Shown here: positions 50,591-61,439 of the stretch, piece after piece
Position numbering within the stretch: the stretch's first letter is position 1
Layout: each line of letters starts with the position of its first letter
Assembly: GCF_036321535.1 (NCBI RefSeq)
Contig: NC_087447.1
Span: 51,462,001 to 51,526,000 of the forward strand
Length of the DNA stretch: 64,000 bases
Source: Camelus dromedarius
Lineage: Eukaryota
Direction of reading: 5' to 3'
Translations under genes and position numbers: made by a program
The notes under the pieces: generated by a model
Told to the model about the DNA's origin: nothing
Database searches by the model: none
What the model saw: only the letters and a program-made list of their open reading frames with translations

Positions 50591-52053
50591 GAATATTTAT
50601 AAGTGCTTGGTTTATAAAAGGATTTTGGAAACATTTCATTTGATCCTGAGGTATTATCTCTATTCACTCAAGAAACTGAGGTCCATAGAAATTAAGTAAT
50701 TTGCCCCACAACCTACATATTAATATTACACCATTCATCACAACTCCTTCCCCAAAAAACTGAGTTCAAATCTTAGTTGGACCAGTAGTTTCATCAGCTA
50801 CAAGTAGTTAATCATCACCAAAGGCCTGAAAATCTTTTCCCTGCACAGTAACAACACCTCTTCTGCAGAGACTTTTCATTTGCCAAGTTTCTTGAACTGT
50901 GTAACATTAATTAATAATTATTATTAGATCACCTTATAACAAGATTTATTATTATAGCCACAATCATAGCAACAGTAATGCAGTGGGTGAACCCACTGGT
51001 ATAATTCCTCAGCCCATATTGTTTCCCATTTTTCACTTAGCTGGTAGCCTACTGTTCAACTCTAGAAAGAAAGGTAACATGAAGTAATAACTGACCCTGA
51101 TATTTTTTCTTGTTATTAACAGAAGCCAAATGCAGTGGCCTAAATACTTAAAAGGAATGGAGAGGCAAGTAATCTTGTATACCACCCAAAATATAATGCC
51201 ATGACAGAAAGTTTATACCTGCCTTCCAACCTGGTCCAAGTAAAATCCGGAAACAATTTATGGGGGTTGTATAGCTAATTTCTTTTTAATGAAATTAAAA
51301 AAAAAATTTACCAGCAATCCTTTTCCCCAAATTCCCAAATTTCTTTCTTATAGATACATTACATTAATTTCCAAGTAAGTTACAACTCATTCTTCACAAT
51401 GACCATTTCCTTAAAAATTGAACGTAAATGCAATTTGGTAACAAATTGTAATTGAAATTACTATACTGCGGAGCTTAACTTTTCAAGGAATTCTACAGGA
51501 AATCTTTATATAATGTATAATGTAACCTTTTATATGCCAGAGTTTAATTAATGGTAGAGGAGATTTGGGCAGGTAAGAAGAGATATGTGCTTGTACCACG
51601 ACTGCTGTATTAATTTGAGTCTTTGGTTAGCTGTAACATCATTTTCTCTATAGGTAATACTTAGAAGAACTTCACACTTGGGCTCTTCTTAGCTAAGTAA
51701 ACACATCCTGTTAACAGAAACTTCATTTCCATGGAGAATTGATGAGCGACCCTGCTTTCTTAGAATGGAAATAGCTATCTGTTTGTACCATACCCAGTCC
51801 ACCCTGGCCACCTAATACGGACAAAGTGTGGACCGGGGGAGATCTATTTGGAAAATGTTTCTTCTCCAGCCAAGGGCTGTTCCCAGATAAATGCAATGCT
51901 CAGGGTACAACAAAAAACCTTTCTCTGAGGGAAGAAATGTGCCAGGAAAGGAGAGGCATGGATCAGGAATAAATAGGGGGTGAGTGTATGCGCTCAGTGA
52001 GGGCTGGAGGCAGCAAGCGCAGCGCGGAGATGCTCCAGCTAAAGAGCCAGGAG

Positions 52054-52077
52054 CAGCAGCAGCAGCAGCAGCAGCAG
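52054..52077. repeat. (CAG)8 trinucleotide repeat, (CUG)8 in the RSF1 pre-mRNA
   Basis: Direct reading. Confidence 0.95.
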
Positions 52078-53120
52078 GAAGTTTCAATGGGGCCGGGCAG
52101 AGCATGCGCCCTGCACCCGCGCGGTGGCCTTATGTGGAAGGAGCACCACTTGCGAACACCAATAATAGACCAGCGGCACCAGAGAGAGAAACATGAGCAA
52201 CAAGCACCTTCTTCAACTGTTTCCCCCTCCGTCTGAGCCCCTCCTCCAGCCTACATACTAACCACCCCACCCTACCCTACATATGGGAGGGCGACTTCTT
52301 CTTCCCCTAAGACCTACTGCCAAGATGAAGGGGGAAGGGACTGGAAAAGTGGGGAGATGGTTTTCCATTATTTGGGGGGAGGTGGAGAGGAGGAGGAAAA
52401 CTATGGGGGAGGAGAAATTAACCCTCTACCCTCCAAAGTGAAGAAGCCAAACCGACTTCGTCCCCCAAAGCAAGAATGGAAGAGACCCCCTCCTATGGGG
52501 GAGGAGCAAACCTCTCGACTCAGAGGAAGGAGTTTTGGGGGTTAAATCGGCCCTGGAGAGGAAGGGAAGAGAGACCAGAGCCGACTCTCTCGGGGGAGTT
52601 CCCACTAGAGGGAGGGAGAGATGAAGTGTCCGCTGGCCCCCGCCCACCCAGGTGGAGGGAGAGAAAGGGGCGCCCTGAGATGAGCCTAGCCTCCCCCGAG
52701 ATGGTCGGGAGGATGGAGGGAGGAGGGGAGAGAGTGGGGGGGGAGAGAAAAGCGCAAAGCTGGCCGGAACCTGCGCTCCCCTTCCCCCGCCACCGAGAGG
52801 GAGAAGGGGTGGGGTACCGACCCCCGCCTCGGGATAGCAATCTCAGGGGTGGCCGACCCGCACAATGACCCCTCCCCACCCTCAGCCCGGACCTAGGCGC
52901 GACGCCCCCACCTCCGCCGGGGGTCCGGCGGAGTGGCCCTCGGGGGCCTCCGCCCCGCCTCCCCACTGCTCAAGACCCCGAGGCTAGGCGGAGAAGACGC
53001 GTTGGGCGGAACTGCGCCCCAGGAGGAGGACAGAGCCGCGGAGGCCCGGGTTGTGTGAAGAGCAGAGAGAAGGAGCGTGCCAGGGCCGCTTCCCGCCGGG
53101 CGTTCGGGCCCCTCGCTTAC

Positions 53121-53307
53121 CTTCTCCGTTGCCGACGTCCGGCGGCGGAGCTTGCAGCACCCGCTCCAGCTCGGGGAACGGCAATTCAGGCAGGTCGAGC
53201 AGCGGCCCGTAGCGCTCCAAGAAGGAGCACACTACGGCGAAGTTGGGGCACGAACCTGGGCAGCCCGGAGGAGCCATCGCCGCCGCCGCTGCCGCCGCCG
53301 CCGCCAT
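53121..53307 (-). CDS. RSF1: RSF1 (remodeling and spacing factor 1) coding exon 1, 187 nt, codons 1-62 plus 1 nt
   Basis: Translates MAAAAAAAAAMAPPGCPGSCPNFAVVCSFLERYGPLLDLPELPFPELERVLQAPPPDVGNGE, matching the RSF1 N-terminus. ATG at 53307-53305 in strong context (AAAATGG). Donor GAAG|GTAAGC with GT at 53120-53119. Lies within the CpG island. Confidence 0.97.
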
Positions 53308-53759
53308 TTTGAACTGGAGGATGGAGGAGGAGGCGATGGGGGGGTGGAGGGAGTTGGGGTGCCGAGGAATGGCAGAGCAACCGTACCAACAACAGGAGGC
53401 GCTAGCAAATGAGCGCCCCTGCGGATCCGAGCGTCTCAGGCACGGCGCCGCGATCCCACAATACAACGGCGGCCCGGAGCAGTCGAGAACAGTCAGACGG
53501 AGGAAAGAGAGGCACTCCGTGCCTTTCACTTTCCGCCCTCTTTCCGCCCCACCCCCTCTACTTCGCTCCTCCCACTTCGGGTTTGCCACTGCCTCGTGTG
53601 ACAGGGGGAATGAAAACAAGGGATGCGGGGCGAGGAGGCGGGCTGGAAGCTGGGAAGGCGGGACTTTTCAGGAAAGGTGACCAATAGGCTTGGAGGGGGC
53701 GGGGTTTCGCTCGATGACTGGCCGAAAGGCTTATTCGGGGCGGGGCGAGTGGGGGGAGC

Positions 53760-53842
53760 GCCTAGTGAGACCGCCGGAACAAAGGTGAGAGGTAAAGCAC
53801 GGAGACGTTTGAGATCGCGGCTCCTCGGAGAGAGCGCGTTGG
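53760..53842 (+). other. AAMDC: Probable non-coding first exon of AAMDC (start approximate)
   Basis: Follows the CCAAT and GC boxes in the CpG island and ends at a strong donor TGG|GTAAGT (GT 53843-53844). The coding exon begins with a splice acceptor, so an upstream exon is required. The TSS cannot be read from sequence. Confidence 0.6.
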
Positions 53843-54383
53843 GTAAGTTTTGGGGAGACTCCCGTTACTGAAACTGGGCCACCAGATGGTGGAGGAAGTT
53901 GAGAGTGAATAAGAATCAGAAAAAGAGAATAGAGAGAAAAGCAAGATTCTGAGAGAAAACTGGAAAGGAGAAAGGTAGAGAGGTACCGTTACTTAGGGGT
54001 TGGGATAGGACCGTTGTACGGAGAAGTCTCTGGAAAAGTTTGCTGAGGGATGCTGCTGAAGAATCGCACCTGTGCTGGAAAAGCAGCGTCTGAGGACTCG
54101 CGGAGACGAGGGCCTGATGGAACGGGTCTCTGTCGGAATCACCAGTCTGAGGAGTTGGGGCCCTACTAGGAAATCACGGTCTGAAGGGACCAGGATCCTC
54201 ACAGGGACCGAGATGTGAGAGGACAGGGCCCTGCTGTGGTTGCCAGGGTGTGAGGAGGAGGGGGTAGGACTGCACTGAGGGCGAACGTGTTAGGAAACTT
54301 GGTGCAAGGGCAAAAAGCTTGTTAGAAGACAGGGTTCTGCTTCGTTGGGGAAAACGGAGTGTTCACCCGCAAAGAATCTCAGG

Positions 54384-54463
54384 AAAACCGTAAGTAATGC
54401 GAAGTAGAGTGTGCAGCTTGAGAAAAACCATCAGTAATGCAAAGTAGAGTGTGCAGCTTGAGA
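54384..54463. repeat. 40-bp tandem duplication (2 copies, 3 mismatches)
   Basis: AAAACC(G/A)T(A/C)AGTAATGC(G/A)AAGTAGAGTGTGCAGCTTGAGA twice. Confidence 0.95.
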
Positions 54464-54464
54464 T

Positions 54465-54685
54465 ACAATGTGCATTATGGTTAAAGAGCCTGAGCTTCGG
54501 AGTTCAGCCAGGCTTGAATCCTAACAACTGCTTCAGGACATTGTGAAAGATTTTTTCATTTCTTTGAACTTACGTGAAGTGGGGGTGATAATAGTACCTG
54601 CATCGTAGGATTTTACTAGATAATTCACAGTAAATTAATTGTCCTGGCACATTGTAAATACTTTAAAAATGTTAGTTGCTACTAC
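54465..54685 (+). mobile_element. MIR SINE
   Basis: ATGGTTAAAGAGCCTGAGCTTCGGAG...TTGAATCC...GATAATAGTACCTGCATCGTAGG...CCTGGCACATTGTAAATAC...ATGTTAG. Confidence 0.7.
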
Positions 54686-55655
54686 TGAAGAAAGGAGTTC
54701 CTAATATTTAGATTTAATTTACACTATATGTAATTTAAAGTTTACTACTTAGATCCAAAAATTTCAGTGTACATTTAAAACTTGTATGTACTTATTAAAA
54801 GGTATAATGTGAACCATGTAAAATAGGACAATTTACAATTAAAGGAAAATTTTAAAATATATGGGCAAGTAATTATATTGGGAACAGAGAAAATGATTAC
54901 AATTAAAAATTGAATTCTGTTCTGCATTTCTAGGTAAAAAAGGGAAAAACTAGTAGTCTATCATACTCATTATCCAAAGAAAGAATATTTATTTATCAGG
55001 AGAAAAACATCTATATTGTAAGAGAAATTTATAACCTAGAATACTGAGTCCTAATCTCAAGTAATATACAAACCCTTTATAAAAGGGAAAAAATATTCTT
55101 TTGAAATTTACAAATATTGAAAATTCCAGTTTAAGAAATACTGATGTAATTAAAGTCTATACAGCAATGTGAATGTACTTTGTGCCACTGAACTATACAC
55201 TTAAAAAATAGTTAAAGTGGTAAATTTTGTGTTTTGTATATTTTACCACAATAAGCAGGTAAAAAAAAAGAAAAGTCTTCTTTAGGAAAATACCTACAGT
55301 GATGAGTTATCATACCAAAAGAGAAGTTCTAATTTAATGTGTGATAAAATATCATTTTAAGCAACACTGAAATGAAATGCAAAACTAAACTAAAACATAT
55401 ATTATATAACACAGGGAATATAGCCAGTATTTTATAATAATAGCTATAGATGTAGTATAATCTTTAAAAATTGTGAATCTCTGTGTTGTACACCTGAAAC
55501 TTTTATAATGTTATACATCAAGTATACCACGTTTAAATTAAAAGAAAAAAAAAGACTAAAACATTGGTAGAACTTTCAAACTGCCAAGTATATATCGCTT
55601 GACCTGGGGACCTGAAGACCTCAGTTTAAGAAAAATCTGATCCAGGATACATCTT

Positions 55656-55870
55656 TTTTTTTTTTTTTAACATTTTATTGAGTAATAGTCATTTTACAAT
55701 GTTGTGTCAAATTCTAGTGTAAAGCACAATGTTTCAGTTATATATGAACATATATATATATTCATTGTCACATTTTTTTTTCACTATGAGCTACCACAAG
55801 ATCTTGTTTATATTTCCCTGTGGTATACAGTATAATCTTGTTTATCTATTCTGCATTTTAAAATCCCACT
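55656..55870 (-). mobile_element. Young lineage-specific L1 3' tail
   Basis: Intact poly-T. Perfect 13-bp TSD CAGGATACATCTT at 55643-55655 and 55871-55883, followed by AAA. Confidence 0.9.
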
Positions 55871-57086
55871 CAGGATACATCTTAAACAACAGTTTTGCAG
55901 GAAGATACAAAAATTCTTCCTAAGATCATAGCTTAATTGACCTTAAACAAAAGGTAGGTACACAGTATTAAATAAAATCATATCTTTGTGAATGAATTTT
56001 GATGGAAAGAACCTTCAAACCAAAAGAAAGATGTAATTATATCATTTTGTGAATGTCACCCCCCACCCCTTTCCTTTCTATCTCTTTGCTTTCAGCTTTT
56101 CAAGCACCTCACCTGTTCTCCCGTGGGGTTGTAAAAATAACTTTCTAAAAAAAAGCTTTATACAATTTTCTCTTTTCTTTTGTCAATGCTCACACTGTTA
56201 TTCAATGGGAGACTGATAAATAAGGTTACAGTTTCTGCCTTTTCTAATCAAGATTGTCATTAGAACAAAGTCCTTGGGCATCAAAAGTTATATCCAACCA
56301 AAAGATAAGAGATGGTTTACTGCAAAGCAAGGTTTAGGTCATATCTTCACTAAGTCTGTTCTTGGAAAGAAAATAAATGATAAGCACCCATAATACCACC
56401 ATCTCTTCTTTCCTTGCTTTGGCTAAGAAAATTTGTGGCTTACAAGAATCTAATCCCAGGTTGTGTACTTAAGTAATTGAGTTATGTATATTAGATTAGA
56501 AGGTAAAGATAGAAAAAGAGTGGCTTTTAAAAAATAATGTTATTGATTTATTGGTACTGCCACAAAGAAGCCTTTAAATAAGCATTAAATTACCTACACT
56601 CAGTCTTTATGACTAAGAAAATTTTAAAGATAATTGAAATTCTTTTAGAGAGAAAAACTTTAATTTTTCACTCACAATTATTGACTAGTTTATTCAAAAT
56701 ACCAAAAAGAAACAACCCAAATGTTCATCAACAGAAGAATGGAAAAATAAATTGTGATACAGTCTTTCAACAGACTACTACTCAGACTGATACACACTTC
56801 ATACATATTACAACTTGGGTGAATCTCAAAAGTATTTTGAGTGAAAGAAGAAAGACATAAAAGAGGAGGTATTATACAAATCCATCAATATGAAGGTCTA
56901 ACTAATCTATGGGAATAGAAATCAAAATAATGGTTTCTTTTGAGCCTGGAAGGGTGTTGACTAGAAAAGTGCACAAGGAAATTTTCTAGATATATGCTGT
57001 CTCATACTTGGCAAGTTTATACACTTGTGAAAATTCACTGAACACTAAATAATATCTGTGCATTTAATTGAATATAATTATGCTTT

Positions 57087-57272
57087 TTAAATTTTTTTAT
57101 TGATTTATAATCATTTTACAATGTTTGTCAAATTCCAGTGTAGAGCACAATTTTTCAGTCATACGTGAACATAAATATATTCATTGAGACATTTTTTCTC
57201 TGTGAGCTACCATAAGATCTTGTGTATATTTCCCTGTGCTATACAGTATAATCTTGTTTATCTATTCTACAA
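57087..57272 (-). mobile_element. Young lineage-specific L1 3' tail, inserted in an old L1ME-like 3' end (about 56690-57300)
   Basis: Closely similar to 55656-55870. Perfect 17-bp TSD GAATATAATTATGCTTT at 57070-57086 and 57273-57289. Confidence 0.9.
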
Positions 57273-58082
57273 GAATATAATTATGCTTTGATTTTAAAAT
57301 TTAATGGCTTAGCTTTCAGTTTTTCCAAATTGCATTATAACAGTCTGCCTTATAACAGAATAATTTATACATATTTCTGTTTCCCCTGTATATTATCTTT
57401 GTATTGTTACACAGTTTTTTTTTTTTAACAGATATTGTAAGACTGGCAAATATATATTGAGGTGAATTGGATTCAGCTGTGGGGCCAATTTGGGAATTCC
57501 TAATCAGTGATAACCAAATTTACTTAGGTTTGTTTAAAACTCACTTTTGCAAGAATACATCTAGAAGTATATGGATATGTTATATGCAGTGAGAAAGCTA
57601 TTAAGTGTCAACAGAAATAGGAATCTATGCTCTTCAAGGTAGTTTCGTAGGAAAATATATGAAAGTAAAAAGAAGTAATATAAACAAGATTTAAGCCAGC
57701 CATTTTCTGGCTCTTTCTCTTAATGATAACTGAATTCTGTGTTGCAGTAGAATTCTGTTCATTAAAGAAAGCACTTTTAGAAGTGTCTAGCCATCTTTTT
57801 TGTTGAGAGTTATGCATTGATCTATTCTTATTTCTTAAGAGCTTGGTTGAGACCAGTTTCCCTGATGAAATAATTATTTTTACTGAAAGAAAAATTATGT
57901 TGTCTTTTTTGTAGAATAGACATGTACAAGTTCATCCTAATAATATGGAAATTCAAGGGACCCAGAATATCCTAAACATTTTTTAAATGATAAACAATGT
58001 TGAGGGTCTGACATTTCCTGGTTTCAAAAGTGCCTACAAAGCTACAGTAATCAAGACTGTTTAGTATTGCCATAAGATAGCA

Positions 58083-58463
58083 ACTATGGACTGAATTGTG
58101 TCTCCCCAAAATCTGTATGTTGAAGCCCTAATCCCCAGGGTGACTATATTTGGAGACAGATCCTTTAGGGAGTTAATTAAGGTTAAATGAGGCCATGGGG
58201 TAGGGCCCTTATCCCATAGGACTGGTATCCTTACAAGAAAAGGAAAAGACACCAAGAGTGCTCATCAACAGAGCAAAGGCCTTGCAAGGATAAAGCAAGA
58301 AGGAATCTATCTGTAAGCCAGGAAGTGAGGTCTTACCAGAAACCAACCCTGCTGGGACTTTGCTCTTGGATTTACAGCCTCCAGACTATGAGAAAATAAA
58401 TTTCTGTTGTTTAAGCTACCCAGCCTGTGTTATTTCACTATGGAAATTCTAGCAGGCTAAAGC
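58083..58463 (+). mobile_element. MLT1A-like solo LTR
   Basis: TATGGACTGAATTGTGTCTCCCCAAAATCTGTATGTTGAAGCCCTAA...CAGCCTCCAGACTATGAGAAAATAAATTTCTGTTGTTTAAGC. Confidence 0.9.
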
Positions 58464-58843
58464 AGAAGTCCTTCTCAATACTCACAGCAATTCATTATAC
58501 TTCCCTTATACCACTTTTCAAAACTTACTTTGTAGTTTTTAAGTTACCTTTTAAATTTTTTTATACTTATTTGCATATGTCTTCTCTCCTCTAGTGCAAT
58601 ATTAACTCCTTAACAGGAATCATGTTTTATAAATTTGTGTCTTCCTCCCATAGCACCAAAACCAATGTGTTTATGTCCTTTGTTACATAATACATTTAAA
58701 AGATGGATGTTCAGAGGTTGAAGCTGCAAAAATTGATTAGTAGTTATTAATATTAGGCAGAAGTATCACTGATATTGTCTTTATTTGGAGAGTAAATTCA
58801 GTTTAAGGACATGTCTATAAGTGCCAAATTGTCAAGGGGTGGA

Positions 58844-59220
58844 CTGTGATGGTTAATTTTATGTGTCAACTTGGCTGGGTTATAGTACTCAGTTATTCAA
58901 TCAAATGCTAATCTAGATGCTACTATGAAGGTGTTTGGAAGATGTAGTCAACATCTACAATCAGTTGACTTTTAAATAAAGGAGATTATCTTCAATACTC
59001 TTAGTTGAAAGGCCTGAAAAGCAAAACAGAGATTTACTTTAGGAAGAAGAAATAATACATTAGTACTGCAACAACAGCGTCTGCCTAGAGTTAGCAGCCT
59101 GCCGGCCTGCCCAAAATGAACTGGCCAATTCACAATTGCATGAGCCGCTTCCTTGAAATAAATCTCTTAACTGTGTGTAGTCTGCTATTTCTGTTCCTCT
59201 GGAGAACCCTGACTGATAAA
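58844..59220 (+). mobile_element. MLT2 (ERVL) solo LTR
   Basis: TGTGATGGTTAATTTTATGTGTCAACTTGGCTGG...TCTGTTCCTCTGGAGAACCCTGACT. Confidence 0.88.
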
Positions 59221-59730
59221 AGCACCTTTTAGTAATTGTACTTATCAATGCTAGAATTTCCATTTAATTCTGTTTGAAATGTCTAACCTCTTTATTGAGA
59301 TTCTATAATCATTGAGTCACTGCCATCATAATTTTTTAATTGAAGTATAGTTGGTTTACAATATTATATTAGTTTTAGGTGCACAGCATAGTGATTAAGT
59401 ATTTTTATAGATTATACTCCATTAAAAGCTATTACAAGATAATGGCTGTAATTCCCTGTGCCATATAGTATATCCTTGTTGCTTGTCTGTTTTATACATA
59501 GTATAAAATGCCACCCCCTCTAATTTGCCCTTCCCCTGTCTCTTCATAATTTTGATTAATTCTTTATAAATGGTTTCCCTTACTTTTTTGAATATATTTA
59601 TAATAGCTCCTTTGAAGTCTTCGCTAAACAAACATATGGGAATGCTCAGATAGTTTCAGATGAGGTATAAGGGTCACTTTTTTTTGTTTCTTCACATGTC
59701 TTGTAATTTTTTATTGAAAACTAGGCATTT

Positions 59731-59857
59731 AATTTTTTTATTTTGGGGGGAAGCTAATTAGGTTTCTTTATTTAATTTTAAAGGAGGTACTGGGGATTGA
59801 ACTCAGGACCTCATGTATGCTAGGCATGCGCTCTACCACTGAGCTATACCCTCCCCC
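59731..59857 (-). mobile_element. Vic-1-like SINE within an old minus-strand L1 5' region (about 59225-60860)
   Basis: Reverse complement GGGGAGGGTATAGCTCAGTGGTAGAGCGCATGCCTAGCATACATGAGGTCCTGAGTTCAATCCCCAGTACCTCC. TSD AAAACTAGGCA at 59717 and 59858. Confidence 0.9.
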
Positions 59858-61177
59858 AAAACTAGGCACTTTAGATAATATATTATAGAAAGTCTGGATT
59901 TGGATATCCCCCCCAACATTGTTGTTCTTAGTTTGTTTGTGTTTAGTCACTTGCCTAAACTAAATCTGTGAATTCTGTCTCCCATGCAATGTGTGGCCCC
60001 TGAAATCTGTATTCAAGATTTTTTTTTCTTGGTTTGATTTTTAAGCTTGGTTTCCTAGAGGTCTCCTCTGTGCCTGCATAGCTTAGTGTCCAGCCAAAGA
60101 TTAATCAAAGACTGTTTAAACACTCAAGCCAGTTAGACTTACCTTCTCTCCTGATGGATCAGCGTATGCACTGGGGAGTATATTCAATGTTCAGGCTGTT
60201 TTCATTTCTTCCCTGCCTCTTACATTCTTTGGAGTCCTCTTGAGCCATCTTACTTCTTCACTTTACATGTTCTGTAGGCTCCACTGGCCCAGAACATTTG
60301 CATGACTTAGGCCTACTCCTGTCTTTGTTGGTATGCTCACAGTCTTTGTTTCACTCTGGATATATAGAGAGCTTATCAAGCCCCCTATGGCTGTGTCACC
60401 TCTTGGGGGCTCCTTTCAGATCCCTGCCTACTCTGACAATCCATCTCTTGCCTCATACAGGCTCACAATATCAAGGAAGCTGAGCCACCTGCCATGCACA
60501 TTTACTTGCCACTGAGTCACCAGTTTAACTGATAATGCTCTAAATCAAGTGAGCCTCCTCTGATTATAGCAGCAAGACTTGGTTTTTATGTCCTGCCCCA
60601 ACCAAGTTGAACTTCTGTGCCAACGGAACTGATGTAGGAGCATGGGAGTAATCCCAGGCAAGAACAACAAAACATCTTACTTTTTTTTGGTGAAAATCAG
60701 TGGTTTTCATGAATAAGTACTTCTTAGAAGGTAGTGTGCCTTTCATATTTTTTCCATAGTGCCAAATGTTTATTTTGACAGTTTTGTCCAGCTTTATAGT
60801 TGCTTTTTGAGAAATGATTTGTCACCCTCCTCACTCCATCGTGCTGAATTAAATATCCACCTTTTAATTTTACCTCACAAAAAATATCCAAAGAATTCCC
60901 TCCAGAGTCTGAGAAGTAATTGTAGTATCTAATTTCCATGGTTGGATGATTTAGGATCCCAAGAATAACATTTTACTTTTTAGACCTCTGGAGGAGAAAT
61001 GACAACCACATAAATGAGAAAGATGCTTCTTAACTCGTAGAGGACCAGGGCTTACTATATTTTGTATATAGTGTTATATTTCAAAATATATTTTATATGT
61101 AGTATAGTTTCTATATTTTGGAGCTATTTCAACTTTATAACTGATTTAGTATATTTTTCTTTTAATTTCAGAGTTGA

Positions 61178-61330
<153 letters not shown>

Positions 61331-61439
61331 TAGTGTATGGTTGACACTGCATAAAGCAGACCAAGGATTTCCAAACTCCTAAGCCATAATGACCAACTTT
61401 CAAGTGAAAAGCAACTGTCTCTTTCATATTCTCCCCCCA

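Larger units (their letters stand above)
52500..54200. promoter_or_regulatory. CpG island / bidirectional promoter of RSF1 and AAMDC
   Basis: Abrupt switch from AT-rich, CpG-poor DNA to GC- and CpG-rich DNA. GC boxes GGGGCGGGG at 53696-53704 and 53737-53745, CCAAT at 53681-53685, E2F-like GGCGGGA at 53657-53663, YY1 CCGCCATTTT at 53301-53310, ZNF143-like motif at 53453-53468. No TATA box seen. Confidence 0.92.

Noticed and set aside
53403..53468. Octamer-like TAGCAAAT next to the ZNF143-like site, as an snRNA-type distal element
   Set aside because: The octamer is mismatched, and no proximal sequence element or snRNA body is visible.
52984..53619. 211-aa ORF extending RSF1 exon 1 upstream from a TTG and downstream into the intron
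   Set aside because: The true coding part is 53121-53307. There is no upstream ATG, long stop-free frames are expected in GC-rich DNA, and the read-through passes a strong donor.
51812..54202. Overlapping 60-150 aa ORFs across the CpG island, including poly-Q and poly-A peptides
   Set aside because: Low stop-codon density in GC-rich DNA and simple repeats explain them; no recognisable protein similarity.
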